Of a DNA stretch of 64,000 nucleotides, positions 29,863 through 39,879 are shown piece after piece. The notes beneath the pieces were generated by a model, which worked only from the letters and a program-made list of their open reading frames with translations, had not been told where the DNA came from and did no database searches. Within the stretch, counting starts at the first letter, position 1; every line of letters begins with the position of its first letter. The stretch covers positions 29,087 to 93,086 of the forward strand of contig PAPH01000005.1 of NCBI GenBank assembly GCA_002709005.1, given 5' to 3'. The translations under genes and the position numbers were made by a program. This DNA comes from Hyphomicrobiales bacterium. Its GTDB lineage: Bacteria; Pseudomonadota; Alphaproteobacteria; Rhizobiales; Rhizobiaceae.

Positions 29863-32003
29863 GCATTGTCGACCGGCTCGCCGGGCGCATGTCGCTCCGG
29901 CTCAGGATCTTTCTGTTCTTTGCGCTGGCGGCGCTGGCCTCGATCGCGCTTATCGCGGTGGCGGGCTATTTCGCCCTGATGGCGACAAATCTGGAGGATC
30001 GCACTTTCGTCCTGCGAGCGGGCATCGTCTCGTGCTTCGGGATTCTCGGTATTCTGGCGGCAATCTGGTACCAGTTCGACAGTCACGTCGCTCGCCCGGT
30101 CGAGCGGCTTGGGCGATATGCGCGCGCCACCGCCCATGGCGAGGGACTGGCGGAAGCCGCCATGCCGGAAGCGCGTTATCTCGGCTATCTGGCGCCCGCG
30201 CTCAATGATCTTTCCCGGTCACTGGAAAAGGCCCGCAACGAGCGCGAGGCGGCCGTACAGGAAGCCACCGCGCGCGCCGAGCGACAGAAGGCGCGTCTGG
30301 AGTTCATCTTGCAGGATCTTTCGGACGGCATTCTCATTTGCAACCGTGACCACGAGATCCTTCTCTATAACCCGGCCGCGGTCGAAATCCTTGCCGACAT
30401 CGGACGTATCGGCCTTCGCCGCTCGGTGTTCGATGTGCTGGCACCAGAGCCCGTCCGCCACAATCTTTCACGTCTGGAAAAGCGGGTTCGCGAAGGCCGG
30501 CACAAGACCCATGAGCTCGGCCTCTCGCAACCCTTTGCCGCGCTTGGCGCGGACGGCAGGACCACGCTTGAGGCGACCATGACGCTGACGCTGGTGCCGG
30601 GCAGCGCGGAAACCCAGGGCTACGTCCTGGCGTTCAGCGACGAGACGGAGATGCTGGCGGCGAGTGCGGAGGCCGAGCGCAAGGTTGTCGCCGTGGCCGA
30701 GCGCATCCGCGAGCATGCGGGCTCCCTCCAGTTGATCGGCGAGATGCTGGCGGCCAACCTCGCGCTTGATGCGCGTGCGCGTGATCTGACCGGCTCGATC
30801 ATGGATGAAATCGGGTTGCTGGCGGAAACCAGCGATGAACTGGAACGCCTTGCCGTCGACGAATTTTCCCGCACATGGCCGATGGGGCCTGTTCTGGCGA
30901 CCACCCTCTTCGATCTCGTTCGCGAGCGTGTGCGCCTGAAGGTCCTGCCCGAAACCCGCTGTCCTCAGCAGATCGCCATCCTGTGCGACAGCGCGGCCAT
31001 TGCAGCACTTTCGGCCCGGCTGTGCGAATGGGTGACAAAGCGCGGCGGGACAAACCTTCTGTTGAGCGCCGAGCCGGGGGAGGAGACCGGTTTTCTCGAC
31101 ATCGAATGGTCGGGCGAGCCGGTCAGCATCCGCTCCACCGACCGCTGGCTGCGCTCCGCGCTTGATCACGATCTGGGCCCGGTGACGGCGGCCGACGTGC
31201 TGGCCCGGCACGGCGCCGATATCTGGTCCGACCGGGCGCCGGCTTCCGCGGGTCGCGCGCGCTTCCGAATTCCGTTGCAAATGCGCGACATGGCAAGTCT
31301 GCCGGTGATCACCGCGCGCCACATCGAGCGGATGCCGGTCTATGATTTCGATATCTTCGACGAAAAACCTCCGGCCGAGCTCGCCGACAGGTCGCTCAGA
31401 AGCCTGACGGTCGTTGTCTTCGACACCGAAACCACCGGGCTCGAACCCTCGCGGGGGGACCGGATGGTATCGATCGCGGGCGTTCGCATCGTCAACGGTC
31501 GCTTGCTCGAATCCGAGATTTTCGACGAACTGATCCATCCGGGGCGCGCCATCCCGCGCCGCTCGACCGAGGTGCATGGTATCACCGATTCCATGGTGGC
31601 CGACGCCGCGCCCGCCGGCGAGGTCGTGGCGCGCTTCGCACGTTTCGCCGAGAACGCGGTTCTGGTGGCCCACAACGCGCCGTTCGACATGCGATTCCTC
31701 ACCATGGCGGGTGAGGCCTCAGGGTTGGAATTCCACAATCCCGTGCTCGATACGGTGCTGCTTGCCGCCCATGTTCACGGCACCGGCGAAAGCCTGACGC
31801 TCGACCGGCTGGCGGAAATCTACCGCGTCGACCTGCCCGATGAAGTCCGCCATACGGCGCTGGGGGATTCGCTGGCGACGGCGAAAGTCTTCCTCGCCCT
31901 GTTGGGACCGCTCGCGGCAAGTGGGGTAACGACGCTGGGCGAAGCCGTTCAGGCTTCCGAGGCGCAAGCCGCGCTGCGGCGCAAGCAGACCAGATACGAA
32001 TGA
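29859..32003 (+). CDS. Membrane HAMP/PAS protein fused to a DEDDh 3'-5' exonuclease (DnaQ-like) domain
   Basis: Two TM segments, PAS (LQDLSDGILICN); C-terminal VFDTETTG, VAHNAPFD and RHTALGD form an intact DEDDh set. Confidence 0.85.
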   Translation: MSIVDRLAGRMSLRLRIFLFFALAALASIALIAVAGYFALMATNLEDRTFVLRAGIVSCFGILGILAAIWYQFDSHVARPVERLGRYARATAHGEGLAEAAMPEARYLGYLAPALNDLSRSLEKARNEREAAVQEATARAERQKARLEFILQDLSDGILICNRDHEILLYNPAAVEILADIGRIGLRRSVFDVLAPEPVRHNLSRLEKRVREGRHKTHELGLSQPFAALGADGRTTLEATMTLTLVPGSAETQGYVLAFSDETEMLAASAEAERKVVAVAERIREHAGSLQLIGEMLAANLALDARARDLTGSIMDEIGLLAETSDELERLAVDEFSRTWPMGPVLATTLFDLVRERVRLKVLPETRCPQQIAILCDSAAIAALSARLCEWVTKRGGTNLLLSAEPGEETGFLDIEWSGEPVSIRSTDRWLRSALDHDLGPVTAADVLARHGADIWSDRAPASAGRARFRIPLQMRDMASLPVITARHIERMPVYDFDIFDEKPPAELADRSLRSLTVVVFDTETTGLEPSRGDRMVSIAGVRIVNGRLLESEIFDELIHPGRAIPRRSTEVHGITDSMVADAAPAGEVVARFARFAENAVLVAHNAPFDMRFLTMAGEASGLEFHNPVLDTVLLAAHVHGTGESLTLDRLAEIYRVDLPDEVRHTALGDSLATAKVFLALLGPLAASGVTTLGEAVQASEAQAALRRKQTRYE

Positions 32004-32337
32004 GCGTCCGGGCCCGGCGATCTATTTCCGCATCGATTGCTTGATTCGCTGTTGTAGAGGTTCAAATAATTCATCTCTTCCGGGGGTGTCGCTTCTTCCA
32101 TCCTCGCTTTTTCGGCGCCTTACGAGTGAATTGACTTCCGGGATATCCGCAAAAGCTATCCGATTATATTCAATAAGTTAGGAATATTTAGAATTAGCTA
32201 AAATAAATAATGCAACGAGCTCTGTGGTAAATTTACAATAACTATGAGTAATAAATTGAGCGGGCTTGATTTACAGAATTGTTTCGTTGAAGAATAACAA
32301 AATAAGCAGACGTTGAAATATAAAACAGACAGGAGCC

Positions 32338-33003
32338 TTGCAGATGCGGAAATTGATTCTATCCACCCTGCTTGCAGGTTTGTTGTCGTCTACGGCCGTC
32401 GCGGCTGATCTCACCGCGCCCACGCCCGCCTATGATCCGGTCATGACCGCTTATGACTGGAGCGGAGCCTATGTGGGTATTGTCGGAGGTTATGGCTGGG
32501 CGACCGGCGTTCATACCGATTCCATCCCAGTCTCCTCCGGTCCCTTCAACCTGGACGGCGGGATGATTGGCGGAACCGTAGGCTACAACTGGCAGAGGGG
32601 CGCGCTGGTCTTCGGTGTTGAAGCCGATCTTGCATGGGCCGATGTGAACGGCGCCACCACCGTCGTATGCCCTACCAACTGCTATACGGAAGTGAACGCA
32701 TTCGGCACGTTGCGCGGCCGGCTCGGCTACGCATTCGACCGGTTCATGCCCTATGTTACCGGCGGCGCGGCTTTCGCAAATGTCGAGGCCGGACAAACGG
32801 TCGGCGCATTCAGCAACGAGGAATGGGTTGCGGGTTGGACCGTCGGCGCAGGCGTCGAGATGGCTATAACCGAGAAAGTTTCCGCCAAGCTCGAAGGCCT
32901 TTATGTCGATCTCGAGGATGCGCGCTATACGGTGGTCATCCCGGTGGACGCATCGGCAGATGATTTCGGCCTCATCCGTTTCGGCGTGAACATGCGGTTC
33001 TGA
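32338..33003 (+). CDS. Omp25/RopB-family outer-membrane beta-barrel protein
   Basis: Signal peptide ending AADL; YDWSGAYVG, GTLRGRLGYA, GWTVGAGVE; terminal Phe. Start may be the ATG at 32344. Confidence 0.88.
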   Translation: MQMRKLILSTLLAGLLSSTAVAADLTAPTPAYDPVMTAYDWSGAYVGIVGGYGWATGVHTDSIPVSSGPFNLDGGMIGGTVGYNWQRGALVFGVEADLAWADVNGATTVVCPTNCYTEVNAFGTLRGRLGYAFDRFMPYVTGGAAFANVEAGQTVGAFSNEEWVAGWTVGAGVEMAITEKVSAKLEGLYVDLEDARYTVVIPVDASADDFGLIRFGVNMRF

Positions 33004-33043
33004 CGCCGCGGAGTTGAGTTTCGACAGCGACACGTTGTTTTCC

Positions 33044-33092
33044 CGCCGCTGCCGCTCCGATAAGTCATCGGAGCGGCAGCGGCGTTTGTCTT
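33044..33092 (+). terminator. Perfect 18-bp hairpin terminator after the omp gene
   Basis: CGCCGCTGCCGCTCCGAT-AAGTC-ATCGGAGCGGCAGCGGCG followed by TTTGTCTT. Confidence 0.7.
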
Positions 33093-33192
33093 CCTGCGCC
33101 CGCCAGACAGACATAACCGACAACAGCCCACGATACGCGGCGGTTTGACGCCCGCCGACCGTAACAAAATTCCGGGTATCAACAAGATCAAC

Positions 33193-33267
<75 letters not shown>

Positions 33268-33425
33268 CCGTGCGTTCGGCCGGGTCCGGAAGGTCCGGAG
33301 CGGTGCATCGGCTTGAAGGCGACGCGCAGCGGCTGAAGGCGGCCCGCTATTGCCACAGCTTTCCCCCCAGTGCAAGCCCGCGGCCGGTGCTTTTCGTCAA
33401 AACCGTTTTGCGCTATCTCCGGGGC

Positions 33426-33605
33426 ATGACGGATGACGGGAAAAAGACGGGAAAGGAGGCGCGCGAGCGGCGTCTTGCCGAGCAGTTGCGCGCCAATCTC
33501 CAGCGCCGCAAGGCGCAGGTGCGCGCGCGCCGGGCCGGCGAGGCGGACGAAACGGACGGCTTACCCGCCGCCGGCACCGCCGATACGGACGATGATAGCA
33601 GATAG
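33426..33605 (+). CDS. Small basic hypothetical protein upstream of murA
   Basis: RERRLAEQLRANLQRRKAQ motif; ATG at 33426. Confidence 0.6.
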   Translation: MTDDGKKTGKEARERRLAEQLRANLQRRKAQVRARRAGEADETDGLPAAGTADTDDDSR

Positions 33606-33779
33606 AAGGCGGTTTTCGGCCTCTGTCCGGGCACGGGCGCGGAATTGCCATCCCGCCCCGGCCCGAGTTGCCGCCGGGGCGGCGATCGTCTAAACAGCGC
33701 CACAAAGTACCGGCAAGCGGACGGGCCATCCGGCACGCCGGTGCCACCCACCCATTCGCAGCAACCTTGCGAGGATTTC

Positions 33780-35072
33780 ATGGATCGTATCAGGATCGTC
33801 GGGGGCAATCCGCTCAACGGCATCATTCCGATTTCAGGCGCCAAGAACGCCGCCCTGCCGCTGATGATCGCGTCGCTTCTCACCGACGACACGCTGACGC
33901 TGGAAAACGTGCCGCATCTGGCCGACGTCGAACAGTTGCAGCGTATTCTCGGCAATCACGGCGTGGACATCTCGGTGGTCGGCCGCCGCGAACGCCAGGA
34001 CGCCGGCTATGCCCGCACGCTCCATTTCACCGCGCGCACCATCGTCGACACCACCGCGCCCTATGAACTGGTTTCGCGCATGCGCGCGAGCTTCTGGGTC
34101 ATCGGTCCGCTTCTGGCGCGCATGGGCGAGGCGAAGGTCTCGCTGCCCGGCGGTTGCGCCATCGGCACGCGACCCGTGGACCTCTTCATCCAGGGCCTGC
34201 GCGCGCTCGGCGCGGAGATCGAGATCGACGGCGGCTATGCCAATGCCCGGGCGCCGAAGGGGCTCAAGGGCGCGCATTTCGTCTTCCCGAAGGTATCCGT
34301 CGGCGCCACACATGTGCTGATGATGGCCGCCACGCTCGCCGATGGCGAGACGATCATCGAAAACGCCGCCCGCGAGCCGGAAGTCTCCGATCTGGCGGCC
34401 TGCCTGACCGCGATGGGCGCCAGGATCTCCGGGGCGGGTACCTCGACCATCCGCATTGAGGGCGTGCCCACCCTGTCGGGCGCACGCCACAAGGTCCTGC
34501 CTGACCGTATCGAGACCGGCACCTATGCAATGGCGGTCGCCATGACAGGTGGCGATGTCGTTCTCGAAAACACGTCGATCCATCTGCTTGAGAACGCGCT
34601 GACTGCGGTTTCCTCCGCCGGCGCCCATATCGCAGAGGTCGAGAACGGCATCCGCGTGCGCATGACACCCGGTGAGCGAATCCGCCCCGTCGACGTGGTG
34701 ACGGACCCGTTCCCCGGCTTCCCGACCGACCTTCAGGCGCAGTTCATGGCGCTGATGTCGCGCGCCGACGGCACCTCGCACATCACCGAGACGATCTTCG
34801 AAAACCGTTTCATGCACGTGCAGGAGCTCGCACGTCTCGGCGCACAGATATCGCTGTCGGGGCAGATGGCCAAGATCACAGGTGTCGAGGCGCTCAAGGG
34901 CGCCCAAGTGATGGCGACCGACCTTCGGGCCTCGGTGTCGCTGGTGATCGCAGGTCTGGCGGCCGCGGGCGAGACGGTGGTCAACCGCGTCTATCACCTC
35001 GACCGCGGCTTCGAACGCCTGGAAGAGAAACTGACCCGCTGCGGCGCAATCGTCGAGCGTGTGAGCGAGTAG
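33780..35072 (+). CDS. murA: UDP-N-acetylglucosamine 1-carboxyvinyltransferase
   Basis: [37 protein letters not shown]. Confidence 0.97.
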   Translation: MDRIRIVGGNPLNGIIPISGAKNAALPLMIASLLTDDTLTLENVPHLADVEQLQRILGNHGVDISVVGRRERQDAGYARTLHFTARTIVDTTAPYELVSRMRASFWVIGPLLARMGEAKVSLPGGCAIGTRPVDLFIQGLRALGAEIEIDGGYANARAPKGLKGAHFVFPKVSVGATHVLMMAATLADGETIIENAAREPEVSDLAACLTAMGARISGAGTSTIRIEGVPTLSGARHKVLPDRIETGTYAMAVAMTGGDVVLENTSIHLLENALTAVSSAGAHIAEVENGIRVRMTPGERIRPVDVVTDPFPGFPTDLQAQFMALMSRADGTSHITETIFENRFMHVQELARLGAQISLSGQMAKITGVEALKGAQVMATDLRASVSLVIAGLAAAGETVVNRVYHLDRGFERLEEKLTRCGAIVERVSE

Positions 35073-35160
35073 CAATTGCAGGCGGACGTCTCGCGCCCTA
35101 TGTTGCAGTGCAGCACGGCTTGTGCAAACCCTTAGAACGGCGCCGCCGACAGGAGGTTTT

Positions 35161-35607
35161 ATGGACCGGCTCAAACTGATGGCTTTGGATGCGGAAGATT
35201 TGTCCGTCGTTTCCGCGCATCTGCAGGATGCCGTCTTCAAGGTCGGCGATATCTCCTGGAAGGGGCAGGCGGGCGTCCTGACACTCGAAGTCAATCGGTT
35301 CGTCTGGGAAGAAGGCAGCAAATCGCGCGACCGCAGGAAGGACTGGGAACGCCGCCGCGCGGTCCTCGCCGTCAAGCGGGCGACCGCCGTCAAGTCGCGC
35401 GGCTTCGACCGGGCGAAATCCGACGAGGTCCTGTCGCTGCTCGCGCTGCGTTTTCCCGCTTCGGGTGAGGAACCCGCCGGTACGCTCGAACTTGTTCTTG
35501 CCGGAGAGGCTTCCATTCTTCTCGAGGTCGAATGCATCGAGGTGCAACTAGCCGACGTCAGCGGTTCCTGGGGCACCGAGTTCAAACCCCGCCATCCGCT
35601 GGCCTGA
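35161..35607 (+). CDS. DUF2948 family protein
   Basis: LMALDAEDLSVVSAHLQDA, NRFVWE; sits between murA and hisD. Confidence 0.85.
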   Translation: MDRLKLMALDAEDLSVVSAHLQDAVFKVGDISWKGQAGVLTLEVNRFVWEEGSKSRDRRKDWERRRAVLAVKRATAVKSRGFDRAKSDEVLSLLALRFPASGEEPAGTLELVLAGEASILLEVECIEVQLADVSGSWGTEFKPRHPLA

Positions 35608-35634
35608 GGCCGGCAGTCGCCCAGGGAGACAGTT

Positions 35635-36939
35635 TTGGTACTCAGGCTCGATCATTCCGCCCCGGATTTCGCGAACCGCTTCGCCGCGTTTCTGACGACC
35701 AAGCGCGAGGTTTCCGCCGATGTGGAAGCCGATGTGCGCGCCATCGTCGAGGATGTGCGCCACCGGGGTGACGAGGCGCTGCATGATCTGACGGAGAAGT
35801 TCGACCGTCTCGATACCCGTGCGGCGGGCTTGCGCGTGACCGAGCCGGAAATTGACACGGCCTACGAGGCCACCGACCCGAAGGTCGTCGAGGCGCTTCA
35901 GCTCGCCCATGACCGCATCGCCTCCCATCATCGCAGGCAGATGCCGAAGGACGATTATTACGAGGATGCGCTCGGCGTCGGTCTTGGCTCTCGCTGGACG
36001 GCGGTGGAAGCCGTCGGTCTCTATGTGCCTGGCGGCACCGCGAGCTATCCGAGTTCGGTACTGATGAACGCGGTGCCCGCCAAGGTGGCGGGCGTCGAGC
36101 GCATCGTCATGGTGGTGCCGGCGCGCGAGGGCGAACTCAACCCTGTGGTGCTCGCCGCCGCGAAGATCGCAGGCGTCGACGAGATCTACCGGATCGGCGG
36201 CGCCCAGGCGGTTGCGGCACTTGCCTACGGTACGCAGACCATTAGTCCGGTCTCCAAGATAGTCGGCCCGGGCAATGCCTGGGTGGCGGCCGCCAAGCGG
36301 CAGGTCTTCGGCACCGTCGGCATCGACATGATCGCCGGCCCCTCGGAAGTTCTGGTGATCGCCGACGGCGACAACGACCCCGACTGGGTGGCCGCCGATC
36401 TTCTGGCGCAGGCCGAGCACGATACCGGCGCCCAGTCGATCCTGATTACCACCGATGCCGGCTTCGGCGATGCCGTGGTCGCGGCTGTTGAGCGGCAGCT
36501 GAACACGCTTTCGCGCTCGGAAACCGCCCGGCAGAGCTGGCGCGATTTCGGCGCGGTAATTCTGGTACCAGACTGGGAGGTGGCGATTCCGCTCGCAAAC
36601 CGCATCGCCGCCGAGCATCTGGAAATCGCCACCGAAAACCCCGAGGCGCTTGGCGACCGCATCCGTAATGCCGGCGCCATCTTCCTCGGGCGTCATACGC
36701 CGGAGGTGATAGGCGATTATGTCGGCGGTTCGAACCACGTTCTGCCGACCGCGCGTTCGGCGCGGTTTTCGTCCGGCCTTTCGGTGCTCGACTACGTCAA
36801 GCGCACCTCCGTGCTAAAGCTCGGGCTCGAGCAGCTGCGGGCGCTGGCGCCAGCGGCGATCACGCTTGCCGAGGCAGAAGGGCTGGGCGCCCACGCCCGA
36901 TCCGTCGGCATCAGGCTCAACACGGGTGAGGGCGGATGA
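35635..36939 (+). CDS. hisD: Histidinol dehydrogenase
   Basis: [30 protein letters not shown]; TTG start. Confidence 0.96.
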   Translation: MVLRLDHSAPDFANRFAAFLTTKREVSADVEADVRAIVEDVRHRGDEALHDLTEKFDRLDTRAAGLRVTEPEIDTAYEATDPKVVEALQLAHDRIASHHRRQMPKDDYYEDALGVGLGSRWTAVEAVGLYVPGGTASYPSSVLMNAVPAKVAGVERIVMVVPAREGELNPVVLAAAKIAGVDEIYRIGGAQAVAALAYGTQTISPVSKIVGPGNAWVAAAKRQVFGTVGIDMIAGPSEVLVIADGDNDPDWVAADLLAQAEHDTGAQSILITTDAGFGDAVVAAVERQLNTLSRSETARQSWRDFGAVILVPDWEVAIPLANRIAAEHLEIATENPEALGDRIRNAGAIFLGRHTPEVIGDYVGGSNHVLPTARSARFSSGLSVLDYVKRTSVLKLGLEQLRALAPAAITLAEAEGLGAHARSVGIRLNTGEGG

Positions 36940-37412
36940 CGCAAGACGCCACCCAGCGCCTTTGTGACGTCGTCCTGGACGAAACCATCGGCCGGGCAAC
37001 GCCCGATGTCGAGCACGAGCGGGCTGTGGCGATCTTCGATCTGCTGGAGGAAAATTCCTTCGCTCCCGTGGGCCACCGCGAAGGCCCCTACAAACTCAAT
37101 CTCTCGCTCGTCGATTCCAAGCTTGTTTTCTCGATCCTGACCGGGAAGGACGAGCCGGTGGCGACCCACATCCTCTCGCTCACGCCGTTCCGCCGGATCG
37201 TGAAGGACTATTTCATGATCTGCGAGAGCTATTACGCGGCCATCCGTTCGTCGACGCCGAGCCAGATCGAGGCAATCGACATGGGCCGCCGGGGCGTTCA
37301 CAATGAGGGATCGCAGACCCTTAAGGACCGGCTGGAAGGCAAGATCGAGATGGATTTCGACACCGCCCGCAGATTGTTCACCCTGGTCTGCGTACTCCAC
37401 TGGCGCGGTTAG
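36936..37412 (+). CDS. UPF0262 family protein
   Basis: [31 protein letters not shown]. Confidence 0.9.
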   Translation: MTQDATQRLCDVVLDETIGRATPDVEHERAVAIFDLLEENSFAPVGHREGPYKLNLSLVDSKLVFSILTGKDEPVATHILSLTPFRRIVKDYFMICESYYAAIRSSTPSQIEAIDMGRRGVHNEGSQTLKDRLEGKIEMDFDTARRLFTLVCVLHWRG

Positions 37413-37423
37413 GCGGAACAGGC

Positions 37424-37900
37424 GTGACGGCGGGGACGGGGACAGAGACCGGAAACGAGGAAAAAGGTCCCCCCGGCTCTGTTCTGTTCGTCTGCGGCAT
37501 GAACGCGATCCGTTCGCCGATGGCCGAGGCGATTGCCCGAAGTCTCGTGCCGAAGGGCACCTATATCGCCTCCGCAGGCGTCCGTCCGGGCGAGCGCGAT
37601 CCCTTCGTAGATGCGGTTCTCGGTGAGATAGGCCTCGATCTCGGCGTCCGGCAGCCCCAGACGCTCGACGAACTCGAGGATGATTTTTTCGATCTCATTG
37701 TCACGCTGGCCCCGGAGGCCCATCACCGGGCGCTCGACATGAACCGCGGCAACGCCGTCGACGTCGTCTACTGGCCCACTCCGGACCCCACGGTCGCCAC
37801 CGGCACACGCGAGCAGATCCTCTCGTCCTACCGGGAAGTGCGCGATATGCTGGCCTTGCGCTTGCGCAAGCTCTTTGCAATTGAGCCCTCTAGCGACTAA
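37424..37900 (+). CDS. Low-molecular-weight phosphatase / ArsC-like protein
   Basis: LFVCGMNAIRSPMAE (CX5R-like P-loop); DP motif. Confidence 0.85.
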   Translation: MTAGTGTETGNEEKGPPGSVLFVCGMNAIRSPMAEAIARSLVPKGTYIASAGVRPGERDPFVDAVLGEIGLDLGVRQPQTLDELEDDFFDLIVTLAPEAHHRALDMNRGNAVDVVYWPTPDPTVATGTREQILSSYREVRDMLALRLRKLFAIEPSSD

Positions 37901-38029
37901 ATGCTATACTAAACCACTGGCTCGCGAACCTCCCGTGTTCACAATCGAATGTGTTTTGTGTAGGTTCCGCGCAATTTCCGGCGCGGCAATTTGCCGACGC
38001 CGCTTTTTTCAAGGATGATAGAAACGCAC

Positions 38030-38248
38030 ATGGCAAAAGAAGAAGTTCTCGAATTCCCGGGTACTGTCGTTGAATTGCTGCCCAACGCGACTTTCCGCGT
38101 GAAGCTCGAAAACGATCACGAAATCATCGCCCACACAGCCGGCCGCATGCGCAAGAACCGCATCCGCGTTCTCGCCGGCGACAAGGTCCAGGTGGAGATG
38201 ACGCCTTACGACCTGACCAAGGGCCGCATCACCTACCGCTTCCGCTAG
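38030..38248 (+). CDS. infA: Translation initiation factor IF-1
   Basis: [33 protein letters not shown]. Confidence 0.97.
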   Translation: MAKEEVLEFPGTVVELLPNATFRVKLENDHEIIAHTAGRMRKNRIRVLAGDKVQVEMTPYDLTKGRITYRFR

Positions 38249-38295
38249 GCCTGCATTTCCAACCGCTTTAACAGCCAGGCACACCGTTTCCGGAC

Positions 38296-38919
38296 ATGGC
38301 GAAATCGCAAAAACTGATCCTGGCCTCCGGCTCTCCGCGCCGGGTCGAACTCCTCGCGCAGGCCGCGATCGAGCCCGACCGGCTGATGCCGATGGATATC
38401 GATGAAAAGCCGGGCAAAAGCGAGCATCCGCGTTCGCTCGCTCGCCGGTTGAGCCATGAGAAGGCACAGGCCGCGGTCAAGGCGCTCAAGGGTGACTTCG
38501 GCTGGTCGAACGCCTATGTGCTTTCGGCCGATACCGTCGTATCCGTCGGCCGCCGCATCCTGCCCAAGACCGAACTGGTCGACGAGGCGTCGAACGCCCT
38601 CTATCTTCTCTCGGGCCGTTCGCACCGGGTCTTCACCGGCGTCTGCCTGGTGACCCCCGATCGCAAGTTCCGCCAGAAGATCGTCGAGACCCGCGTGCGC
38701 TTCAAGCGCCTTTCGCGAGGCGAGATCGACAGCTATCTCGCATCGGGCCAGTGGCGGGGCAAGGCCGGGGGCTACGCGATTCAGGGCATCGCCGGAGCCT
38801 TCGTGGTCAAGCTTGTCGGCTCCTACACCAATGTCGTCGGCCTGCCGCTCCACGAAACGATCTCGCTGCTGACCGGCGAGGGATACGACGTCCACTTCAA
38901 GTGGGCGGAGGGCGCGTGA
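38296..38919 (+). CDS. maf: Maf-like nucleoside triphosphate pyrophosphatase
   Basis: [30 protein letters not shown]. Confidence 0.93.
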   Translation: MAKSQKLILASGSPRRVELLAQAAIEPDRLMPMDIDEKPGKSEHPRSLARRLSHEKAQAAVKALKGDFGWSNAYVLSADTVVSVGRRILPKTELVDEASNALYLLSGRSHRVFTGVCLVTPDRKFRQKIVETRVRFKRLSRGEIDSYLASGQWRGKAGGYAIQGIAGAFVVKLVGSYTNVVGLPLHETISLLTGEGYDVHFKWAEGA

Positions 38920-38923
38920 CGAC

Positions 38924-39127
38924 ATGGTCGCCGATCCGAAAGTCACGCCCTTGAGGAAGCCCCAGCCATGCCCGGAATGCGGCAAGCCCTCGACGCGGGA
39001 CAGTTATCCGTTCTGCTCCGAGCGTTGCCGCTCGATCGACCTCAATCGCTGGTTTTCGGGGAGCTATGCGATCCCGGTGAGCGAGAGCGGGGAGAACACC
39101 GAAGAGGAACCCGACGACCGCGGCTGA
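38924..39127 (+). CDS. yacG: DNA gyrase inhibitor YacG
   Basis: [22 protein letters not shown]. Confidence 0.92.
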   Translation: MVADPKVTPLRKPQPCPECGKPSTRDSYPFCSERCRSIDLNRWFSGSYAIPVSESGENTEEEPDDRG

Positions 39128-39217
39128 TGGCGCAACCCGTGGAAGGCCCCAAGCCCTTGAGCGGGACGGAAAAACGCTCTCCTGCGACAGGAGCGTGAAA
39201 AAGCGTTTGCCGGGTGC

Positions 39218-39245
39218 TTGCCTCCGGCGAACAAGATGGTATAAC
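39218..39245 (+). promoter_or_regulatory. Sigma70-like promoter of tRNA-Phe
   Basis: TTGCCT-N16-TATAAC upstream of the tRNA. Confidence 0.5.
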
Positions 39246-39306
39246 GCGCTCGCTTCCGGCGGGGTCTCCCCCGGAACGCCCCTGACGGCTCTGCGGGCTG
39301 TCGGAT

Positions 39307-39382
39307 GCCCGGATAGCTCAGTTGGTAGAGCAGCGGATTGAAAATCCGCGTGTCGGTGGTTCGAATCCGCCTCCGGGCACCA
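39307..39382 (+). tRNA. tRNA-Phe(GAA)
   Basis: GCCCGGATAGCTCAGTTGGTAGAGCAGCGGATTGAAAATCCGCGTGTCGGTGGTTCGAATCCGCCTCCGGGCACCA. Confidence 0.97.
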
Positions 39383-39404
39383 CTTCTTCTCCTTCGGAAA
39401 AGCT

Positions 39405-39827
39405 TCACCTCGACAAATGCAGCACCACCTCGCGGCGGTGCGGGCGGTCGCGGTGTTCGAACAGGTAAATGCCCTGCCATGTGCCGAGCGCGAGGCGTCC
39501 GTCGGTGACGGGGATCGACAGCGAGACTGCCGTCAGCGCCGCCTTGATGTGGGCGGGCATGTCGTCCGGGCCTTCCATCGTATGCACGACCCAGCTCATC
39601 GAAGGATGGTCGCTTGGCGGCACCAAGCGGGCGAAGAAGGCGTCGAGATCGCGGCGCACGTCCGGATCGGCGTTTTCCTGAATGACCAGCGAGCAGGATG
39701 TGTGGCGCACGAAGACCGTGAGAAGGCCTTCCGCTCCGCCGTGGTTTGCAACGAATGTCTCCGCTTCGCGGGTGAATTCGTAGAGCCCCTGTCCGCGGGT
39801 GGAGATGGAAAGTGTCGTCTGGGGCAT
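39405..39827 (-). CDS. yjbQ: YjbQ / UPF0047 family protein
   Basis: HTSCSLVIQENADPDV, EGPDDMPAHIK, LGTWQGIYLFEHR. Confidence 0.9.
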   Translation of the reverse strand: MPQTTLSISTRGQGLYEFTREAETFVANHGGAEGLLTVFVRHTSCSLVIQENADPDVRRDLDAFFARLVPPSDHPSMSWVVHTMEGPDDMPAHIKAALTAVSLSIPVTDGRLALGTWQGIYLFEHRDRPHRREVVLHLSR

Positions 39828-39879
39828 GCCGATCCTGACTGTCGCTGGCGGGAAGGTATTCCCGTGATCTAGCGCAGGC

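Noticed and set aside
29859-32003. Call as the replicative DNA polymerase III epsilon subunit (dnaQ)
   Set aside because: The membrane/PAS architecture and transporter-operon context do not fit the proofreading subunit.
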